Below are positions 58,737 through 64,000 of a stretch of 64,000 nt of DNA, in pieces. The stretch's first letter is position 1; each line of letters begins with the position of its first letter. The notes below the pieces were generated by a model that saw nothing but the letters and a program-made list of their open reading frames with translations, was not told the DNA's origin and made no database searches. Source of the stretch: an uncultured delta proteobacterium (lineage in GTDB: Bacteria > Myxococcota_A > Polyangia > Polyangiales > JAFGIB01); the NCBI GenBank assembly GCA_963778655.1, contig CAVZVA010000010.1:224001-288000 (forward strand), in the 5' to 3' direction. Both the position numbers and the translations under genes were made by a program.

Positions 58737-61307
58737 GTGCGCTCGACAGCCACAGCTCCTACATCGGCCAACGAGGTCGGCCGCAGGCACGAAGTCCTCG
58801 GGATCTGCGGTGCGGCCGCGACCCTGCTGCTGACGCTCGCGCTGTGGTCGTACGACCGGCGCGGCGGCGAGAACTGGGTCGGCCCGGTGGGCGAGGCGGT
58901 GGCGCGCTTCTTCGTCAGCGCATTCGGACTGGGCGTGTTGTGGCTGCCGCTCGAGCTCGCCATGCTGACGGCAACGCTGTTCCGCGCCACGCGCATGCAC
59001 GCCGAGGCGTGGGTCGCGCGCGTGGCTTCGCTGCTGGTCGTGCTGCTGCTCGGCTGCGCGCTGCTGCACCTGCTGCTCTCGCCGCGCGACTTCTTCGGCG
59101 GCCACCAGGCCGGCGGCTTGACCGGAGAGATGCTGGCGGAGGTGATGCGCTCGCTGCTCGGCACTGCGGGCGCCTACGTGATCTGCGTCTCGAGCCTGCT
59201 CGTCAATCTGGTGCTGCGCACGCGGCTGTCGGTGGTGGCGCTCGCGCGCAGGCTGCGCGGCTCGTTGCGGCGGGCGGCGTTCGGGCTGTACCGCTCGGCG
59301 CGCGACACGGGCGCGTCGCTGTCGCAAGCCTGGCGCGAGGCCAAGGCGATCGAGGCCGAGGAGCGCGCCGCGGCGCTGGCGGCGGCGCAGCCGCGCATCA
59401 CACTGGCCGATGGCGAGCAGGCGGCCCCACAGGGCGCCGTCGAGCCGGGCGCCCGGCGCTCGAGCGCGGCCGGCGCGCTCGACGCCGCCGCGCGCAGCAC
59501 TGCCGGCGAGCACGAGTCGCCCGACGACGACGATGACGATGACGACGAGCAGCAGGACGAGGATCTCGACGACGATGACGGCGACGATGACGACGCCGCG
59601 CGTGCCGTCTCCGCCGCGGGCGGGACGGGCGCGCCGAAGCACGGCAGCGGCCGCCGGCCCAAGAACAAGCAGGGCCCGGTGATCGTCGCGCCGCGCATGG
59701 AGCCGCAGAAGCGCAGCGCGCGCGGCGATCACGGGCTCGCCACCCACACCGGCAGCGACGGCCGTACCTACATGCTGCCGCCCTCCACGCTGCTGGCGGA
59801 GCCGGCCGAGAGCGTGCTGCGCATCGACGAGCAGACGCTCAAGGACAACGCCGTGCGCCTTGTGGACAAGCTCGCGGCCTACGGCGTGCGCGGCCGCGTC
59901 GACGAGATCCACCCGGGTCCAGTGGTCACGATGTACGAGTTCGAGCCGCAGAGCGGCACCAAGATCTCGAAGATGGCCAGCCTCTCGGACGACCTGGCGA
60001 TGGCACTGGCGGCGGAGAAGGTGCGGATCGTGGCGCCGATCCTGGGCAAGGCGCGGGTCGGCTTCGAGCTGCCGAACAAGCTGCGCCAGACGGTGCAGCT
60101 GCGCGAGCTGCTCGAGGACGAACGCTGGCGCCACCAGGAGGGCCTGCTGCCCGTGGCGTTCGGCAAGGACATCGTGGGCCAGCCGGTCTACGGCGACTTG
60201 AGCAAGATGCCCCACCTGCTGGTCGCGGGCGCGACCGGATCGGGCAAGAGCGTCGGCCTGAACGTGATGCTGACCTCGCTGCTGATGAAGAAGACGCCCG
60301 AGCAGGTGCGGCTGTTGATGATCGACCCCAAGGTGGTCGAGCTGGCGGTCTTCGACGGTATCCCCCACATGCTGCTGCCGGTCGTCACCGACATGAAGAA
60401 GGCCTCGCTCGCGCTGCGCTGGGCGGTCGACGAGATGGAGCGTCGTTATCAGTTGTTCGCGGACGCCGGGGCGCGCAACCTGGTGTCGTACAACGCGCGG
60501 GTGGAGCGCGTGCTGCGCGGCGAGCTGAGCGTCGAGCAGTTCATGCCCAGGCGCGCGGGCAAGCTGCGCGCGCAGGGCGTGCACGGCGAGGAGGTGCTGC
60601 TCGACCTCGATCTGGGCGAGCAGCCGGACGCCTGCGACGAGCCGCCCGAGAAGCTGCCCAGCGTGGTGGTGGTGGTCGACGAGTTCGCGGACCTGATGAT
60701 GGTGGCGGCCAAGGACGTGGAGGCGGCGATCGCGCGGCTGGCGCAGAAGGCACGCGCCGCGGGCATCCACGTGATCCTCGCCACCCAGCGACCCAGCGTC
60801 GACGTCATCACCGGCATGATCAAGGCGAACTTCCCCTCGCGCATCGCGTTCAAGGTGAGCCAGCGCGAAGACAGCAAGACCATTCTCGGGCGCAACGGCG
60901 CCGAGCACCTGCTGGGCAACGGCGACATGCTGACGCTGATGCCGGGCAGCAACGACCTCAAGCGCGTCCACTGCGCGTTCATCAGCGAGGACGAGGTCAA
61001 GTCGGTGTGCGACTTCCTGCGCCTGCAGGGCGAGCCGATCTACGACGACAACATCCTGAGGCCTCGCGAGGACGACGACGACGCGGGACTCGGTCTGGGT
61101 TCGAGCTCGGACGATCCGCTCTACGATCGCGCCGTGGCGCTGGTGGCGCAGGCCGGCTACTGCTCCATCAGCCACATCCAGCGCAACCTCAGCATCGGCT
61201 ACAACAAGGCCGCCAAGCTGGTCGAGCGTATGGAAAAGGAGGGCGTGGTAGGTCCCCCCAGCGCCAAGGCCGGCGGGCGGCGCGACGTGCTGATCGAAGC
61301 GCGTTGA
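58737..61307 (+). CDS. ftsK: DNA translocase FtsK
   Basis: N-terminal TM region, GPVVTMYE, PHLLVAGATGSGKS, DEFADLMM, ATQRPSVD and gamma domain IGYNKAA. Confidence 0.95.
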   Translation: MRSTATAPTSANEVGRRHEVLGICGAAATLLLTLALWSYDRRGGENWVGPVGEAVARFFVSAFGLGVLWLPLELAMLTATLFRATRMHAEAWVARVASLLVVLLLGCALLHLLLSPRDFFGGHQAGGLTGEMLAEVMRSLLGTAGAYVICVSSLLVNLVLRTRLSVVALARRLRGSLRRAAFGLYRSARDTGASLSQAWREAKAIEAEERAAALAAAQPRITLADGEQAAPQGAVEPGARRSSAAGALDAAARSTAGEHESPDDDDDDDDEQQDEDLDDDDGDDDDAARAVSAAGGTGAPKHGSGRRPKNKQGPVIVAPRMEPQKRSARGDHGLATHTGSDGRTYMLPPSTLLAEPAESVLRIDEQTLKDNAVRLVDKLAAYGVRGRVDEIHPGPVVTMYEFEPQSGTKISKMASLSDDLAMALAAEKVRIVAPILGKARVGFELPNKLRQTVQLRELLEDERWRHQEGLLPVAFGKDIVGQPVYGDLSKMPHLLVAGATGSGKSVGLNVMLTSLLMKKTPEQVRLLMIDPKVVELAVFDGIPHMLLPVVTDMKKASLALRWAVDEMERRYQLFADAGARNLVSYNARVERVLRGELSVEQFMPRRAGKLRAQGVHGEEVLLDLDLGEQPDACDEPPEKLPSVVVVVDEFADLMMVAAKDVEAAIARLAQKARAAGIHVILATQRPSVDVITGMIKANFPSRIAFKVSQREDSKTILGRNGAEHLLGNGDMLTLMPGSNDLKRVHCAFISEDEVKSVCDFLRLQGEPIYDDNILRPREDDDDAGLGLGSSSDDPLYDRAVALVAQAGYCSISHIQRNLSIGYNKAAKLVERMEKEGVVGPPSAKAGGRRDVLIEAR

Positions 61308-61405
61308 TCGTGCATCATGATAAAGACGGCGGCTCGGTGTAGCTAGGAGCCATCGGGGCCGCGATTGCGCTTGCGCCGGCAACCCGTGTTAGACTTGGAA
61401 ACAAG

Positions 61406-61606
61406 GTGGATTCGGTGACTACAGGACAATCGCTTCTGGACCTGCTGGCTTGCCCCAAGTGCCACGGCTCGCTGCTGCGGGTGGAGCAGCCGCTGGGTTT
61501 CGCCTGCGGAAAGTGCGGGCTGTTCTTCGCCGAAGAGGACGGCCTGCCCAACATGCTCGTCGAGGACGCCAGGCCTTGGCCCCTAGTCGAGCCGGAGGCT
61601 CGCTGA
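61406..61606 (+). CDS. Trm112-like protein
   Basis: LLDLLACPKCHGSL...C..C...F..EDGLPNMLVEDA. Confidence 0.85.
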   Translation: MDSVTTGQSLLDLLACPKCHGSLLRVEQPLGFACGKCGLFFAEEDGLPNMLVEDARPWPLVEPEAR

Positions 61607-61659
61607 TGCAGCGCTCGCTCGTGCAGATCAACCGGCCTTCCGGGCCCTAGGAAAGCGCC

Positions 61660-62064
61660 ATGGCGATCGATCCAGTCACAGGCCAAGTCCTTCCCAAGAT
61701 CCTGGTGGTCGAGGACGACGCCGACCTGCTGCTGATGATGAAGACGATGCTCAAGAGCGTGGGCGAGGTGACCCTGGCCAAGGACGGCCAGGAGGCCTAC
61801 GACCTGCTCAAGCAAGGCTTCAAGCCCGACGTGATCGTGACCGACGTGATGATGCCGCGGATGGACGGCGTCACGCTGGCCAAGACGCTCAAGAACGACC
61901 CGGCGATCGGCAACATCCCGTTGGTCATGCTGACGGCCAAGAGCGGGCCGCTCGACATGATCACCGGGATCAACGCCGGCGCACGCCACTACATCACCAA
62001 GCCGTTCAAGGCCTCCGACCTGATCGACAAGGTCAAGAAGGCCCTGCAACACCGCCGAGCTTGA
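61660..62064 (+). CDS. Single-domain response regulator
   Basis: ILVVEDD, TDVMMPRMDG, MLTAK and YITKPF motifs. Confidence 0.93.
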   Translation: MAIDPVTGQVLPKILVVEDDADLLLMMKTMLKSVGEVTLAKDGQEAYDLLKQGFKPDVIVTDVMMPRMDGVTLAKTLKNDPAIGNIPLVMLTAKSGPLDMITGINAGARHYITKPFKASDLIDKVKKALQHRRA

Positions 62065-62224
62065 AGCCGGCTTGCCGCGGGCCGGTGAGCACGGGCGCGG
62101 GCCGGCGGTCGCGCACGCCGCGGGCCGCCAGACCACGGCCCTGTCGCTTTTTGGGCATCGAAGCCCATCGCCGATGGTTATCGAGACAAGCGCGGTGCCG
62201 GATGGCATGCTGCGCCGCGCCGTG

Positions 62225-64000
62225 ATGGCCCGCCTCCGCCTCCCGCCCTGGCCCAGCATTCGGCTGCCGAGCGCCTGCGCGCTCGCGCTGCTGCTGAGCT
62301 GCGCGCTCGACGTGATCTTCGGCGGTGGCCCCTTCGGCGTGCACTTCGCGCTGTGCCTGGCGGGGCTCGCGGCCGGCGTCGGCGTGCTGTATGGGCTGAT
62401 GTGGCAGCTGGCGTTCTTCCTGGTCGGGCTGTTGCCGCGCCGCCTGGGCTACCTGCTGTGGCCGCTGCTCTCGCTCGGGGCGGGCGCGCGCCTGGCCTTC
62501 CTGCTGGGCGCGACGCGGCGCCTGCAGGGCGCCTACAGCAAGCTCGCGATCGCCGTGCTCGGCGTGTGCGCCCTGGGCTCGTTGCTGCTCGGCGGGCTGC
62601 TGTGCGCGCTGCAGCCGGTGGGGCCCGAGGGCAGCTCCCTGCTGGGGGCGCGCCGGCCGGCGACGCGCAACGCGGTCGCCGCCGTGCTGATCGGGTGCGC
62701 GGCCGTGCTCAACGTCGCCGACCGCGTGCTCTACGTCGGCCTGTACCCGATCGGACACTTCGCGCTGCGCATGGCGGCGCTCTACGTGGCGATGTTCGGC
62801 CTGGCCGTGATTGGCCAGCGCCTGCGGCTGCCGCGGCTCTCGCGCAAGGTGGTGCTGGCGCTGCTGTTGCTGGCGGCGGTGCCGCTGCTCACGCTCGGCG
62901 AGAGCGCGCCGCGCACGCTGCAGGCCTTCGCCGCGCGGCCCTGGCCCGCGACCGTGCTCTCGGCCTCGCGCGATCTGCTCGACATCGACCGCGACGGCTA
63001 CGCCTCGCTGCTCGGCGGCGGAGACTGCGCGCCGCTCGACCCGCGCGTGCATCCGGGCGCGCCCGAGATCCCGGACAACGGCATCGACGACAACTGCGCC
63101 ATGGGCGACGCCCATCGCAAGACGACCGCGGACGCGCAAGCGGCGCTGCCGACCGACCCCTCGCCGCTGGACGTGGTCCTGATCACCATCGACTCGCTGC
63201 GGCGAGACCGCGTGGGGATCTACGATCCGCCGGGCTCGCGCAAGCGCCGCCTGACGCCGAGCCTGGACGCTTGGGCGCGCCGCGCCACGGTGTTCACCCA
63301 CGCGTACACGTCGGGGGCGTGGACCAGCCTGGCGCTACCGTCGCTGATGCGAGGGGTCTACCCGCGGCGGCTGCGTTGGACGCGTTTCTACGAGACCAGC
63401 CAGCACCGGCTGCTGCGCAATCCGCTCGCGCCGCAGCTACGGCCCGGCGAGACGCCGGCCTGGCTGTTCGCCTTTCCTACCACCGACCCGCACGTCCCGC
63501 TAGCGCGGTGGCTGGCGCGCCGCGGCATGCGCACGCTTGCCGTGATCGACGACGGGCAGTCCGAGATCCTGCGGCCGGGCACCGGCATCGAGGACGGCTT
63601 CGATAGCTATCATCAGGTCAATCCCGGGGCCACCGTGCTGCACGACGACGCCGACACCGCCTCGACCGCGATCTGGGAGCTGGCCCACGCGCCCCACGAC
63701 AAGCGCCTGTTCCTGTGGGTGCACTTCTTCGGCGTGCACAGCCCGGACACCCAGCACCTGGGCACGCCGGTGTACGGAACCTCGGTCGCCGATCGCTACG
63801 ATCACGAGGTGCGCTACATGGACAGCCAGCTGGGACGCTTGCTCGCGGTGCTCGCCCGGCGGCCGCGCACCGCCGTGTTCGTGACCGCGGACCACGGCGA
63901 GGAGCTGGACCGCGGGATCCGCCATCACGGCTACTCGCTGGTCGAGCAGCTGATCCGGATCCCGCTGATCGCCTACGTGCCCGGCTGGCCGGTGGGGCCG
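62225..64000 (+). CDS. Membrane-anchored sulfatase/LTA-synthase-like protein with MopE-type repeat (runs off the window)
   Basis: Several TM helices, DIDRDGY..GGDC..DP.VHPGAPEIPDNGIDDNC, ITIDSLRRD and TADHGE; no stop before 64000. Confidence 0.8.
   Translation, partial: MARLRLPPWPSIRLPSACALALLLSCALDVIFGGGPFGVHFALCLAGLAAGVGVLYGLMWQLAFFLVGLLPRRLGYLLWPLLSLGAGARLAFLLGATRRLQGAYSKLAIAVLGVCALGSLLLGGLLCALQPVGPEGSSLLGARRPATRNAVAAVLIGCAAVLNVADRVLYVGLYPIGHFALRMAALYVAMFGLAVIGQRLRLPRLSRKVVLALLLLAAVPLLTLGESAPRTLQAFAARPWPATVLSASRDLLDIDRDGYASLLGGGDCAPLDPRVHPGAPEIPDNGIDDNCAMGDAHRKTTADAQAALPTDPSPLDVVLITIDSLRRDRVGIYDPPGSRKRRLTPSLDAWARRATVFTHAYTSGAWTSLALPSLMRGVYPRRLRWTRFYETSQHRLLRNPLAPQLRPGETPAWLFAFPTTDPHVPLARWLARRGMRTLAVIDDGQSEILRPGTGIEDGFDSYHQVNPGATVLHDDADTASTAIWELAHAPHDKRLFLWVHFFGVHSPDTQHLGTPVYGTSVADRYDHEVRYMDSQLGRLLAVLARRPRTAVFVTADHGEELDRGIRHHGYSLVEQLIRIPLIAYVPGWPVGP

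Noticed and set aside
59521..59595. GACGAT/GACGAC microsatellite
   Set aside because: It encodes the poly-Asp stretch of the FtsK linker, an ordinary low-complexity coding region.

Overview
Very GC-rich chromosomal window, most likely from a myxobacterium (Polyangiales/Sandaracinus-like). This is inferred from Cys-rich lipoproteins, MYXO-CTERM-like tails, a giant TPR protein, a kinase-AAA fusion and a TIGR04563-type small protein. Most of it is core or semi-core genes: LolC/E permease, SLT transglycosylase, dnaJ, hemW, folA-thyA, ccmAB, nadA, cobU-cobT-cobS followed by a B12 riboswitch and TonB receptor/lipoprotein, pyrF and ftsK. The most notable signals are non-coding or poorly characterised. 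(1) A tRNA-Gly(GCC) gene has an intact promoter but is cut at the anticodon loop at the left edge, probably the junction of an integrated element. (2) A DUF6502-like gene is surrounded by three perfect and one near-perfect GGAA-N6-TTCC palindromes and flanked by a c-type cytochrome lipoprotein and a small Cys-rich lipoprotein, suggesting an undescribed regulator/operator module. (3) A dispersed ~105-170 bp hairpin repeat family shows compensatory stem changes and includes a 3x104 bp tandem array. Other notable items are two TA-flanked MITEs, an orphan FliJ/SctO-like gene, a plant-type quinolinate synthase and a histone-H1-like protein with an acidic tail. All calls come from visual motif recognition; no database searches were run.
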